Assembly (NCBI GenBank): GCA_009914755.4
Contig: CP068257.2
Coordinates: 44,288,001-44,352,000 of the forward strand
Reading direction: 5' to 3'
Length of the DNA: 64,000 bases
DNA from: the human T2T-CHM13v2.0 reference genome, Homo sapiens
Within the stretch, counting starts at the first letter, position 1. Every line of letters begins with the position of its first letter. Below the pieces are notes generated by a model that was given only the letters and a program-made list of their open reading frames with translations, was not told the origin of the DNA and did not search any database. Below are positions 23,419-37,998 of the stretch, piece by piece. Made by a program: the position numbers and the translations under genes.

Positions 23419-26400
23419 GTGAGTATGCCCGCTGTACCTGCCTGTCCCTGGGTAGAAACACCAGGCACAAGTGGCTGTCAGCTCTGCTGTCCTTTGGGCA
23501 GAGGGACCCACTGCTTGGTAATGCCTTCACCACCCCAACCCCACTGTTTGATCTGTGTCCTCCCTCCTTTCCTTTTTAAAGTGGGTTTAATGCCCATAAA
23601 AAGTTATGTGTTTTTACATCCCTAAGATGTTGAACAAGCAACAGGCTAAAGGGGACTTCAGATATTAATCAGTAGTCAGATGAGAGTTGGGCTGAGAACC
23701 TATGTTGCTGTGGAGGCACTGCCCTGGTGCGGGCCAAACCTTGAAGAACAAGGTGGCCCAGGAATGCTCTAGAGTGGACCCACCTGCAGTATTATCTCCA
23801 TGGGCCCTGGCCCCTCAGGAGGTTTGGGATTCTCCATGAGTTGGCTCCAACAGACTTGAAGCTGGTTGGATGTCACAGACTTGTCTAGATTCCTTCTAGC
23901 ACTCGTCAGTCTATTCATGCCTTCAGCATACCTGAGGGTGTGGCCTTACGAGCTCCCCTCAACACACACAGTCCTCCCCAGAGTAAGCACGGGTCTTGAG
24001 GATAGAGAGGACTATTCTCTGAATGCTTGACTTATCCAGAAACTGAGAGACCAGGGAGGGCATGGGCCACATGTCCTTAAGGGATAGCTGCCAGAGCAGC
24101 AAGCAGAGTCCCTGTGTGGGCTGTGGAGGTGGCTGCCCCACTTACAGCTCAAGTGTCCAGGAGGCTTTTCTGCCCTAGAGCTGTGGACTTTGGGAATCTT
24201 CACTGTTCTGCCCCTTTACACCTGCTGGGCAGGAAATCTAAGCCCTGTTCCTTCCTTTCATACAAGTTGACCATAGGAAGCACAGATTTGGCAGTTCAGG
24301 GAGATCACCAGTCCTGTGTGTGGAAGATGGACAGTGGAGCAGGAGAAAAAGAGGCAGAAGAGAGCAGGGTCGCCAGAGGAATGGACCATGAGGCTGTCTG
24401 GCTGGTGCCACTGACCCGCCTGAAGAGCCATCTTCATTTGAGCCCCTCATGGCAATGTGCACTCTAGGCCTTCTTCTATCCCGGTTGCTGGTCAGGCACA
24501 GAGTCCCCATGTCTGCTAAAAGAAGCTCAGGACACTCACACTCCAGGCAGCATTGTGGTCCAGCCTTCTGGCATCCCCAAGGATTTCTGAGGTTGGCCCA
24601 ACTTGAAAGGCAGCAGCACAGAGCCATCTCCCCAGGTGTGGGGTGGCACAGCCAACTGGTCCCTGCATTCTTGGATGGAGGGGATTTTTCCCCAACCCTT
24701 TCCCTCACTGCAGTGGTTCCTTCAGCATTTGGCTTCTGGCATCCTCCTGAGTCTTTTCCTCCAGGTAGTAAAGCCACCAGGCTTTTCCTGTGGGGTTTTC
24801 CTTCTTTGGTGAGTCAGTGCTCACTAACACCAGGTTTGGTGCTCTTATCCAAACACTCATTTAAAATGGAAATGAGCTTTAAGAGAATGAGACATCTTTG
24901 GAGAGTTGGTCAACCTGTTTCCTGGGGTCTCCTTTGTACAGATGGATGCTGGTTTTCCCAGCTCTTCATCACTCACTTCCCATCCTCCTCCTGGGGATCT
25001 TCCTAGGGAAGAGACCCACTTCTCAGAAGGAAGGCAGCTTCCTCTTATCCCAGTGCCTTTGGGTACAGCCTTCCATGCTTCTTCATGGAAAAGGCTATTG
25101 ACGACACTGTCAGGGGGCTTTCACCAGCACCCCCAGATTTTGTGGGGGATGTATCTGGGCTGCACCAAAGCTGATGTTCCTCACATGGTGGCTGCCTGCT
25201 ACCTTCTTGGAGAAAAGGAAAAAATAAAATGGGCGTGCTTGTTCTGAACTTGCCTGTCATCTCGTCCACGTCCGTCTCTTGGTCACAGTTGGATCATGCT
25301 GCCTCAGCGTTCCTGCAGAAAGACACTGCTTGGAGGCAGGGACTCCTGAGACTCACAGGCTCCCCAGCACGGCCACTGGGGACACAGGCCAGTCCAGGGG
25401 CCCCAGCCCTTTGGTTCCCTTTCTGACGATCACTGTGGGCCTCCCTCACCACCTATTTCAGTCCTTGCTCTTGGTCATGCAGGCACTGGTGCCTGTGGTC
25501 ACCCCTACTCTGCCCTAAGCAACAGTCACCCACCCACCAAGGCTCATGCCCCTTTCCTTGGTTCTTAGCTGCAGAATCAGCCAGGCCTTCTGCTGGGGAA
25601 AGGAATCTAAGGTGTCCGACAGTGGTCTCTAGGAGGAGAGGCTGCAATGGGAGTTGTTACTGCAGTTCCCGTGGAATTTGGCATTGACATCTGATTAGGA
25701 GGGGCCACATTATTTCAGAATATTTCTATCGTTCTTCTTTGAATTTGCAATGGAGGCACACAAGGGTGAGGAGAGAGGAGGAGAGGAGTCTGCTAACTGC
25801 TGGCAGGGTTTGCAGGTGCAGGTGGGGCCAGGTGGGAGGTGCCCTTGGGCTGCAGGGCTCAGCCTAGAAGGCATCCTCCCCTGCACTGAGCCAGCTGGCC
25901 TAGGGCAGGGCAGGTGAAGGAGGTCCGACCTCCCCACATTCCCTTCTCATGGCAGAGAGTGCCAGTATAGAAGTCACAGTGCTGTTCACCTTGGCATTTG
26001 TGGTTAGGCGGGCATGCCCTGGCTGCTCAATGATGTCCCATCAGCATTCAGACCCCACAGCTGTGTGCAGAGGAGGGGAAAGGCCTGTGGCAAAGGCAGC
26101 ACCCTCCAGAGCCTGGGGAGATGGGCACCCTGAGCAGCACATTGCAGGGAGCAGAGGGAGAGGGCGGGGTGAGAGCAGGAGGGGGATGCGTGCCAGAGCA
26201 CAGCTGGAGCGAGGCAGTTAGAAGACAGGGGCAGATGGTTAAGAGAAGAGGGTAGGCCCTGTTTGCAGGAGGGGCAGGGAGATACTTCCTCCAGCAGGCT
26301 CCGAGGAGAGATCCAACAGCACATGTGCACAAGGCTTTCCGTGCTGTGCGCTTCAGCAGACACCACGCGCTCCAGCGCAGAAAGTGTTAGGGAGGAAAGC

Positions 26401-28142
26401 GGCTGCGTGCTGGCCAAGGAGGGGTATAGGAAGTGGGGCAGTGCGAAAGCCCAGGAGCTGCTCTCCCTCCTGGATGTTGGCATCTTACAGGGACCTGTGG
26501 TCATGCTGCCGAGTCAGCCATGTTCCCCCTCCCCATGCGGGCCGTGCTGCTGTCCCTGGCCCCCATCAGAGATGAGCCCTTCAGATCTCTCTGCCACCAG
26601 GGAGGAAGATGCAGCCAGGCAGGTGAATGTGGCCATGTGCCAATTAGGAAACCACCCTCCTAACCCCAGTGGCACACTCAACACCACACACAGGTGTGAG
26701 CAGGGAGAGGGCTGGACTGCGGGTGGGGCCTTGGGAGATGTGGGTGGGGTCTGGGAGATGTGGGTGGGGTCTGAGAGGTGTGGGGGAGCCCAGAGATGCA
26801 GCAGGAGATAGAAGACTCCCAGCAGCCCTGGATTCTCCAGAGTGGGGGTCTCTGTGGATATCTACAAAGACTGAGGGTTCTGTAGTCCAGTGAGACAGCT
26901 GTCATTTCCTTGTAACCAGCAGAGATGGCCTCTAAGGTGAGCAGAGTTGAGACACCATAGGTCTCCTCAGGGACAAGGGCTGGCTGGCAGGGCACCTGTG
27001 TCCCACCATGGAGCTGCTGCTCACCCCACAGACTGAGCCCCTTCACGCTTGCAAGTGGACGTCCCTCCTGCATGCCGCCACATGGCCCAGCCCAGCCCTT
27101 CCATCCAGCGTCTTACTGGTGTAAGGACAGAAACCTGCTCCTGTCACTCAATTTCACCACCGTTCTGACACCCCAGCAGCCTCACGGGAGGTGGGAGTGG
27201 ACTCTGCCTCAGGGCCCTCGGGGACCCATGTGCCCAGCTGCCCTCCTGGTGCCCTGTGCCGGGCACCCTCCAGTCTGGGGCTTTCTCTGCCACAGGTCTG
27301 GCCACGTCTCTTTCCTGTCCAAGCTCCAGAGCTCTCATCCGTGGCCTATGCGTGCATGAAGGGACTCCGTTCCATCCAATGGTGGGCATTGAGAGATGCC
27401 ATTGGCTCCTGTGCAGTCTTCTCTGGGGGCCCGAGTTGTCCCCGACGCCCCTCATGGCTGCCCCATAGGCCCCGCCCTCCTCCCTCAGCTGCTTCAAGGA
27501 GCACCCTCATTCTTGATGACTGCCTTGGCCAGAGGCCACTGTGTTCCATCTTTAAACAGGGGTCCCAACAGGGGAATGAAAGGAGGCACCCGAATGGCCT
27601 CAGAGTTTAATCTAAGTTCAGCAAAAGCTAAGTTTTAGGCAGCAGTGAGCTTTGCTGTGGCTTCAAGCACACGTTTCTTCTTGAGCATTTGTGATGCTGC
27701 CTGTCTGGGCAGAAGGGGTCTCCCTGGGATGTGGCCAAGAAGGTGCAGACACCGCTGGGCCATGGTGGAGCCTCCCTGCTCAGCTGCTGGCTGCCACCTG
27801 TGGGTCGCTCCTGGACCCCGGGGTGACCAGTGTGGAGCACCCAGGCCGAGTGACTGTGCCTCTTGGCTGGGTGGGCCTCCTACAGGAGTGGGTAGCAGGG
27901 CGGGTCTGAGAGGGGCCAGCAGAGGCACAGGTGCTCTCAGCCTGACCTCGGGCAGGTGGCCTGGATCAGGCACCACCTGCAGGCAGGTGTGGGCGGGGCC
28001 TCTCCGGGGTGTTGAGCTCAGGTCTTGGGGCAGAGTCCAAGGCTGGCGGCCCGTCCCACCGGCCCCCTCGGGCGCACTGCCCACAGTCTTCAGGGGCTGG
28101 CTTGGGCTGTTCTCTAAGAAATCCCCCCGTCCTTGTTTCTAG

Positions 28143-28313
<171 letters not shown>

Positions 28314-29783
28314 TGAGCATCTCCCAAGGGTCTCTGAGAGACGCCCGGAAAGGGACGCGCCAGCCGGCGTTACATCACCTGGACGGTCGGGGGGTGGGAG
28401 GAGGCACAGTCTGGGCCACACTCTGCCTCCCCTTCTGTCCCCTCTGCTCCAGGCTGGATGGTGGGGACAGGATGGGATGGTGACAGCCTCCATGTAGACA
28501 CGGGGCCACCTCACTCTCCCGACCTCCCACCCGAAGTGTCTCCAGGGACAATCCCGGAGGCTAGAGAGGAAGGCAGGTGCTCCTGTGGCCTCAGACAGGT
28601 GGCCAGAACTATCCTGGAAGGCCTGACTCTTGTCCGCTCAGAGGTCTCCAGAAAGACCAATGTTTGGGGACTTTGCTGTTTTGCCTCCTTTTTCATTCTC
28701 ATGGAAACGTGTAGGGACGGGCAGGACAGGACTCTGCAGGCCGCTTCCTTCCATGGGTCCCTGTGCACATGGGAGGGTCTGAAGCCACCTGGGTCCCTGT
28801 GACTGCACCCCACTCGGCCTCAAGCCAGTGCCCCACCCCCGCCAAGCACACCATACCACCAGTCCCCCCGCCAGGCATGCCGTACCACCAGCCCCGCCAG
28901 GCACACTGTACCACCAGCCCCCCAGCCAGGCACGCTGTACCACCAGCCCCGCCGGCCTCTGATGTAAGGAACATCCGTCCTCTCTCCCCAAGGATGTCCT
29001 ACTGCAAGAGCCCTGAGCTGGGCTTGTGGGATGGGACGGGACGGGATGGGACTGGAGGGGAGGAGAAGGGAGGGGCCTCTAGGTGGACACAGCCCTGCGT
29101 GGGCCCTGGAACCCCTGTCCCGGTGACCCTTCTCTTACCTGCACGCCCAGTGAGTGGGTGAGAGGCTGCCTGGAGAGGACGAGGACACCCCCCGACTTTA
29201 CCCACTGATGCCCCGCTGGGCTTCTGCCTCGATCCAGAGCCAGGTTGGGCCTCTTTCCATCCCTGTGGCCACAGGCCCATGGGCAGGAGGCTGGGCAAAG
29301 TGCAGCATTGGCAAACCCAGGGCGAGCCTGGGGATGGGGCTTGTCAGGGAGGTTCCCGCCTGCCAGACCGCATTACTGACAGCCCCACTGGGACCCGTGC
29401 TTGGGGCCAGATGGCTCTTACCCACATACACTTACTCCTGTGGCAACCAAAGCCCCTTCTCAGATGCCAGGTGTGAGGCTGGGAAGGCCCTGAGCACCCC
29501 CAGGGGCCGACCCAGGGCTGTGTAGGGGGCTCCACATGGGGAAGGCCTCAAGCCCCCATGCAGGGCTGGCTCACACACCTGACGTGGTGATGGGCATGGC
29601 GGGGACCAGGGCGGGGAAGAGGCCTGTGTGCTCTGCTGTGGTCTCCAGCTCAGGACCTCCTGAGCTGACCGGGATGGCCTGTCCCAGCGAGCACAGAGGC
29701 CACACAGCCCGGCCTCACGTCTGCCCACTGATGAGGGCGTTGGTTGTGACCGTCTCTCCCTCTCCTGCCTTTGTCTGTTCCAG

Positions 29784-29820
29784 GCTGACGTCCGAGGTCA
29801 CCGGGATGGGCACGCTGTAA
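29784..29820 (+). CDS. PCBP3: PCBP3 terminal coding exon segment encoding (R)LTSEVTGMGTL plus the TAA stop at 29818-29820
   Basis: Acceptor ttgtctgttccAG at 29782-29783. It is in frame with the previous exon (AG + G gives Arg). The stop is followed by the 3'UTR. Confidence 0.85.
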
Positions 29821-30544
29821 TCCTACCCAGCACCCTTCCCCCGCGTCACCCACCTGCCAGAGCCTAAGGCCCCCGGCTCTCGCACTCTGTACAGCCCACC
29901 TTCCCTGCCTCACAGATACCAATAGAGAGGTTTTCTTAATTAACAAAAGGACGTATGCCATGGAGAAACACACCCGCGCACACAGCTGCTCTCTACAGAG
30001 GCTGCAGGCTCCGCCGAGTCCCCCCTCAGTGTTATTTTATTTATGACTTACGCTCCCGTCTGCCCATGCACCGGCATGCAGTGGTAATTATTTTAGAAAT
30101 ATTGTTCCTTGGTGTCAGCGTAGCTGTCTGTCTTAGGAGCTGGGTCGGCGTTCCGACAGCACTTCCTGTCCGCCCTTCTCCTCTGCCATCCAGAACCGTC
30201 CAGAACTGTTGCCTGAGACCCCTCCTCTCTCACACAGCCCTGCCATGCTGACTCGGTTTCCCCTCAGAGCCATTGTTGTCTGGGCTCGAGTTTCTGCCCC
30301 AGGTTGTGTGCTGGAATCGGGGGGTGGCTCTCCTGCCACCCATGGGGAGCGCCAGGAGAGGAGGGTCATGGAGGATGTTGGGGCTCTGACCCCAGGAGTG
30401 GGGTGGAGGGCGGAGCCTGCTGGGGGCCCTGCCTTCACAGAGATGCCGCGTGCTGGGAAGGCTCTTGGGGTCCCCTGAGCGTCTTCCAGGGTGGCTGGAG
30501 AGCACAGACGCGCCAGGGAGCCCCCTCTGTGCTCCTCAGAGTTC

Positions 30545-30550
30545 AATAAA
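30545..30550 (+). terminator. PCBP3: Polyadenylation signal AATAAA for PCBP3; predicted cleavage about 30565-30575, giving a 3'UTR of about 750 nt (29821 to about 30570)
   Basis: A canonical AATAAA hexamer sits about 725 nt after the stop and is followed by a GU-rich tgtctctg element at 30581-30588. Confidence 0.55.
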
Positions 30551-31861
30551 TGTCGTGGCCCCTCCTCACCGGCTCTGGCTTGTCTCTGCGCCCCCCAATG
30601 CACCCAGGCCCCGGCACTTCCTTCCCCTGGGGAGACATTGCCCTGAGCCCAATGCTTATCGAGAAGCCTGGGTTTCTTCTCACACACAGATACCATTTCA
30701 TTCCCCCTTTCCACAACACACATAAGCACTTCTATTTGTACTTTGGCAAAACTACTTAAAATGACAAACACAGAAACACCATTCCTGCCCGGGCACCAAA
30801 ATGCCAGTTCCTAATTTGTGAGACTTACTCCCTTATAGCCGTTATGGGTACCAGAGGCCATGCCCGGTGACCCCCAGTGCTTCCACAGGTGGAGCCTATC
30901 CGCCTCACACCTGCTTGGGGACAGTCCACGTGGCTCACTTGGCAGCCTGTGCTCACCTTAAGAAGCCTGGCTCTGCCCCTGCTCAATCCTGAAGCCCTGG
31001 GTGTGACTCAGGCCCTCCCCTCAGGTGATTAATCCCTAACCCAGGCCCAGGGAATGGGGGGAGCCCCCAGGTGATTTATCAGGAAGGACAAGACCCGGGA
31101 TGGATGGGGAGCCAGGCACCGGGGAGGGCAGGACTCGGGGGCTCCTGTCCCAGCTCTGCAGGCTCAGGGCACCACCTCCACACCTGGATCCTGGTGTTCA
31201 CGGGATCTTCTAGAAGGTGGTGGGCCTGGGATGTGTGGACAGACATGGCTCACTGACCCCTCACTGGAGGTGTCTGTCAAGAGTCAGCAGTTCCAGGAGG
31301 ATGGGAGTCTGGCCAGAACCTGGGGAGCCTCCAGGGGCCCAGGACAGCCTGCCCCAGGCTCCTAGCCAGCCACAAGGCACCCGCTCACAGGAGCCCCTTC
31401 CTGCCTGATCAGGCAGAAGCCGGCCTGTTTCCCAGACTCCACCTGGCCTGCCTCAGCCACCTGGCCCGTGTGCCGGCCTGGAGGGCCCCGACTCAGCCTC
31501 CTGGACACACTCCTTGCCCACCCTCTGCCCCTGGGAGGAGGCTCACAGGAGTGAGCCCAGTGTGGCACGTGGGCACACATGCTGGCACCTTAGGACTGGG
31601 GTTCCCGCCGGTGGGGCCCAGACACCAGGATGCGGAAGACACAGGCCTTCCTCAGCACCCGTGTCAGTGGAGATGGTCAGTCAACAGCGTGGGTACAACT
31701 GACAATGACAGACGCCCTGGAAATGAGACACCACGAGAAGAGAGGAATCAAAATGGGATGATCATGGAAGGATCCCTAGAAAGTGCAGGCTGGGCAAGAC
31801 CTAAGAAGGTAAGCGGTTAGTTGCTCACTCACCTGGAGGAAGAACAGCAGGCAATGGAGCA

Positions 31862-32268
31862 CTCCTGGTGGTGGGGGGCACTGCAGGTAGAGGGAGCACT
31901 CTGGGTAGAGGGAGCACTCCAGGTGGGGCAAAAACTCCAGGTGGAGGTGGGGAGCACTCCAGGTGGGGGAGCACTCCAGATGCGGAACACTTCAGGTGGG
32001 GGGAGCACTCCAGATGAACACTTCAGGTGGGGGGAGCACTCCAGATGAACACTTCAGGTGGGGGGAGCACTCCAGGTGAGGAACACTTCAGGTGGGGGGA
32101 GCACTCCAGGTGAGGAACACCTCAGGTGCGGGGAGCACTCCAGATGAGGAACACTTCAGGTGGGGGGAGCACCCCAGGTGAGGAACACTTCAGGTGGGGG
32201 GAGCACTCCAGGTGAGGAACACTTCAGGTGGGGGGAGCATACTAGATGTGGGGAGCACATCAGGTGCA
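31862..32268. repeat. G-rich compound minisatellite, about 35-bp unit x about 11 (gggagcactccaggtgaggaacacttcaggtgggg)
   Basis: It repeats ggggggagcactccag(g/a)tg(a)ggaacacttcaggtgggg in tandem. Each unit carries a G5-6 run. Confidence 0.9.
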
Positions 32269-34886
32269 GGGGCAGCCAGAGCTGGGGTGGAAGGGAGCCC
32301 AGAGCAGGTGAGGAGGGGAGACGGGGGAGCTGGAGTAGCAGGGTGGGGGTTGTGCAGAACTCTCAGCCCCTCAGGACTCGGGAGGACAGAGGCACAGCAG
32401 AATCCAGAGCCCCAGCTGGGCGTGAGGGGGCCTGAGTGGGGACTCAGAGCCAGGGACCAGGCTCCAAACCAGAGCTGGAGGCATCCTGTGACTCAGGGCA
32501 GCTCACAGGGCAGTGCCATGAGCATTGATTGAGCACCTGTGTGGGCCTCACAGGAGGCCCTGGACTCTCCTGTGATGGGAGGCGCGCAAAGTGGCAATTC
32601 TCAGTTCTAAGGAATCAAGTGAGCATGAGCCTCACAGCCCTGCAGATCAGCGGTTCCCATCCTGCGCCTTCTTACACCTCCAGCGACCCAGCTCCCAGTG
32701 CCCCTTCCCCACAGTGTGAGTCCCAGTTCCACCCACAACCACATGGTCAAGGCCTCGGGCTGAGGAAACGTGCAAGCTTAGAACAAGGGACACTGGGGCA
32801 CCCCAGCCCCGGTGGGCGCGCATCATGGGCGTGGGAAATGTGGCTGTTAGCTTCTGGAAGCCTATGGCCGAGTCTCCATCTAGCCCGGGCACTGGCACCT
32901 GGCCCAGGGCCACAGGGTCACACCCTGTCACTTACAGCGAGTGTCCCCAGGTCGCCAGACATCCCCGCACCTCGGTGTCCCGTGGACACAGCAGGATCTA
33001 TGCCCCTTGCTTCCTCAAGGACAGTGGGGTGTCTGTGACTGTCAGGAAAGGGGCAGGAATTGGCTGACTCCAGTGGCGTAAGGTAGATGCTCACAGTAAT
33101 TGGAAAATAATTGGACATTCTCATTAAGCAGCACATGTACCCAGGGCTTTGTCAGAAGGGCGACATCTGAGTCCCTCAGTTGCTGAGACTGGGAAATGAA
33201 CAGACAACAGAAATGGGTTGCTCACAATTCCGGAGGCAAGGATGTCCGAGATGGAGGCGCTGGGTTCTGTGTCTGGTGAGGGCTGCTCTCTGCTTCCAAG
33301 GGTGCCTTGTTACCGTGACCTCGAGCGGAGGAATACTGCGTCCTCTGCATCCTCGCGGAGCAGGCCGGAGGGCTCCCTTCAGCCTCCTGTGGAAGAGCAT
33401 TGGCCACCTCATCACCTCACAGAAGGCCCACCTCTTACTACTGCTGCGTTGGGGATTACGTTTCAACATGAATTTTCAGTGGCCTGCATGCAAGGCTACA
33501 CAGGCAATAGCTTGTGACCATGGTGGACAGACCCCACAGAGGCCCAGGGACCCCCACCTCAGCGTTGGAAGACCCCCTCCCTGGGGCTGTGGGAGGGGTC
33601 TATGAGTTGCTTCTGACCTGTAGGATGTGGCAAGGGGCCAGGATGTCACTCCCTGGCACTGCGTAAGGCTCCAGCTCCCCTGCTGGCACTGGTGAAGCAA
33701 GCAGCCATTTTGGGGCTGCCCTAGAATGGCCGCGGCGACTCTCTGCCTCTGGAGGTGGACTGCAGGCACCTCTCCGAGCGAGCTTGGGAGCCCCAGCTGA
33801 CAACCAGCCAACACCTGAAGCGCTCACTCCTGCAGCTGCAAGGAAATGAATTCTGCCAACAACCTGGGTGGGCCCAGAAGTGGGTTCTGCCCCAGTCCAG
33901 CCTCTGCACGGGAATGTGACCACCGGCTCCCCGATGGCAGCCTGGGAGACCCTGAAGAACAGAAGCCAGCTGAGCTGAGCCGACTCCTGACCCAGGAACC
34001 GTGAGTTAATACCTGGGTGCCGCTTCGGCTTCTATGCCTTCGGTCATTTGATACACGGCTGCAAAAGTAAGGCAGTGGCCAGACACGTCACTGGCACTCC
34101 CTCCTGCTTCTGCCTTCTGTAAGCTCGTGGGCGGGTTGAGGTCAATGGGTGCTCCTGGGGTGGCAGGCATCCCCAGCAGGCTGGGCCTGTCCCCAGAGGC
34201 TCCTTGGCCCGTGTGACCTCGGATCAACACATCCCCCTGGCATGGGGCTGTCCATCTGAGAGCCTGCTTGGCACGAGAAAGTCTCTGGTGTTGAACGCCA
34301 TTTTCACAGTGAACAATGGGCCGGCATTCGTCCTAGAATAGGCAGTTTGGGTCTTGTGAAAATTTGACCATTTGCAAGTTTTTCCGAACGTTCTGTTTGA
34401 GAAGCATTGCACTGTCCATTGTTGACATCTCTGAAAATCTTACTGGGACCATGATTTTGTAAAATCAAGCTGCCTCGCCAACAGCTCCCTGTCACGGGCC
34501 ACAGGAAAAGACGCTGTCCTTACAAAGTCGAATTCATCCAGGCGGCCCTTGGATGGCACAGCGGAGCTTCTCTTGCTGTTTTAACTGTATCTTCTTTCCG
34601 TCCTTTGGTTTCCAGAATCCAAGTCTTCTTTCGTCTCATCATTTTCTTTTCCTTCTTTGCTGTCATTATAATTATCCGTATTTTCTTGGTAACAACTGCC
34701 AATCACAAATGATTCTTCTCTGTATTGTTGTGGTCGTGACCCTGGAGCTTCCGGCGTCCAGTGTCGGCAGCAGAGTTTTGCTGTGTTTTGCTCTGTTTTT
34801 AACGTTTTGAGGCCCCCTGATTTTGCTTCGTACATTTAGCCTCCAGTCAATTCCTTCCTGCTCATCGAGTCTGAATCATGGCATGA

Positions 34887-35278
<392 letters not shown>

Positions 35279-37575
35279 GCTCAGATGGGGTTTTAAACTC
35301 CAACTGCCTAATAGTACTCCAGTTACATACCACTGTATTCACATATGTAGGGATGTGGGGAGGGAGCTTTGTCACTGGAGTATTGATATTTGTCTCTTCA
35401 TGCCATTTGGCGTGCCGTGCATGAGTGCAGATTTGCCGCCATTTCATCCGGAACTGCCACTGTGTATGAGGACAAGACACAGCAGACGCAGCAGGTGTAC
35501 CGAGCTGTACTGAGCCCGTGGTCCCAGCAGGGTGTGTCTGCTCCGTGGAGCTGCAGGTGTGGCCCTCCCCACCCACTGCCTGTGTGATGGTGTGCTCAGC
35601 ACTACCGGCCCATTCCCCGGGGAGAGGGTTCTCCTGTGGCCACAGTGGGAATTCCATTGCTTGCTGACAGAGGCACATGGCTGAGGACTGAGGGAACTTC
35701 CCACCAACCGGCTTTCGTGCTGAACCGTTTGAACTTCATTCTCCTCCACGACCCGCATATCCTAAAGCCGGCAAGGCCGCTCTTTGCCTATCTCCTGAAC
35801 AGAGGTTGGGCTCTGGATGATCCATCTTCCTCCGGAGACTCTTTGTCCAACCCGCTGGCTCGCATTGGGATGGATCAACTTCATCTCACTGAAGTTGGGT
35901 AGGACTCCATGAGGCTTACTCTGCTCCCAGGTCACCCCCGCTTAGGGCACAGTGCCCAGGGCTGCCTCTGGGTGTCCACTGGTCCTTCCTCCTGGGTGGG
36001 TTTTGAACTTGACTTGTCGTCTGCCCAGCACCATTAGACCAGAGCTCTGTCCAGCTTTGAGCAGTTTTCTGCTGGTCTTCGTAGCCTTCTGTTGCATGAG
36101 GTTCACGAGCTGCAGATGCCTGGCTGAGCGAGCCAGTGGTACATGGTACTCCGGGTCCGCCGCCGCACCTCACGGGCCTCTCCTCTCTCCAGGACCCTAG
36201 CCCCTCTCCTGAGGCTGCTGCAGAAGCCCTCAAGCATCACAACAGATTTTTTAAAATTCAGCTTTTGAAATTGTACTTGGTGGGAATGTTTGTCTAAGTA
36301 AACGCCGTCACAGAAGTGCTGGCCCATGAACTCGAAGGCTTTCAAAGAATCTCATGGTTGATGTAAAAATCTCACGAGGCAGGAGCTTTCATTTTTTAAA
36401 ATTAATGTAATAGATATTCTAATACTTAGTAGACGAATAAACTGTTCTCAGGAACTGTGGCGACATCCAGTCAGTGGTCACCTCTTGTTCCTGGTGGACA
36501 TCACTTAGCACCAGTGCCGGCAGTTTTATAAAACAGAGGATAACGTCGTGGGACTGGCCGGCCTCAGAATTGCTCAGGGTTTGGACTCATGGAAATCCAA
36601 AGCACCCTGCAGCTCAGCCATGGGAGTTCACCTCCGACTCTGAGGATCTGAGGGAGGGAGGGAGGCCCTCTCCGGGGACCAATATTTGCCTCCACGTGGC
36701 TAAGGCCAGTGATGCAGGCTGTGCGGTGTGTTGACGGACTCGGGGAAGGTGGAGGAAGGAGGCCTGGGGGAGGGGCTCCTCTTACCCGGAGTTGCATGGG
36801 TGGATTTCAGGTTGACGGGGGCGGGGCTGCATTTTTAGGTGTTTCTACTGATAAGACCAAGGGTAGTTGGGAAAAAGCCCAGCACGTCAACAGCTCGACA
36901 GAGAGCAGCTCCCTGAGGTCGCCACCAGCTTCCCGTGGATGTTGATGATCTCATGTCCTCAGTCAACCCCGGAACCACAGAAGAGCACAGGGGGAGACCT
37001 GGGGAAAGGCAGACTCCACCGGGAGGTCGGGAAGCACAGTTCTCAGCCCTGCCCGGGCCCCCGTCCATCCTGCTTTGGAAGAGCACCTGGACTCTAGGAT
37101 GAGGAGACGAGGCAGCGTGGAGACTCACCGCCTCCGGAGGACAGGGAGGGAGGAGCCAGTCGCCGCAGGCACGGCCTGGACGTGCTGGGAGCCGCACTTG
37201 GTGTTGGCCGTTGGGCTGATGCTTGTCAGGAGCCCAGGACAAGCTCCGTGGCTTACCTGGGATGATCTCATGTTTCTCTGAGGTAAAGGTTCATGATGAG
37301 TTTTCCTGCACCATGAAATACGTCAAATAACAATTTCCACTTTCAATCCTCGAATGCACAACGCTATAAAAATATATAAAAACTACTTTGACAGGAGTAA
37401 AAAACGTCATGCTAAAAGGATTAAGAAGAGGTTTGTTGGTTGATGAAAGGACGTGTGGCTGTGGCGAGACCTGAAACACACCCCACGTGGGCGTGTGCAC
37501 TTCGCCCACTTCATGCCAAGTGCCGGCTGCTTTGTCGGCTTCGTTCAGCGTCACCCAGAGAATAACTTCTCTTTA

Positions 37576-37998
<423 letters not shown>

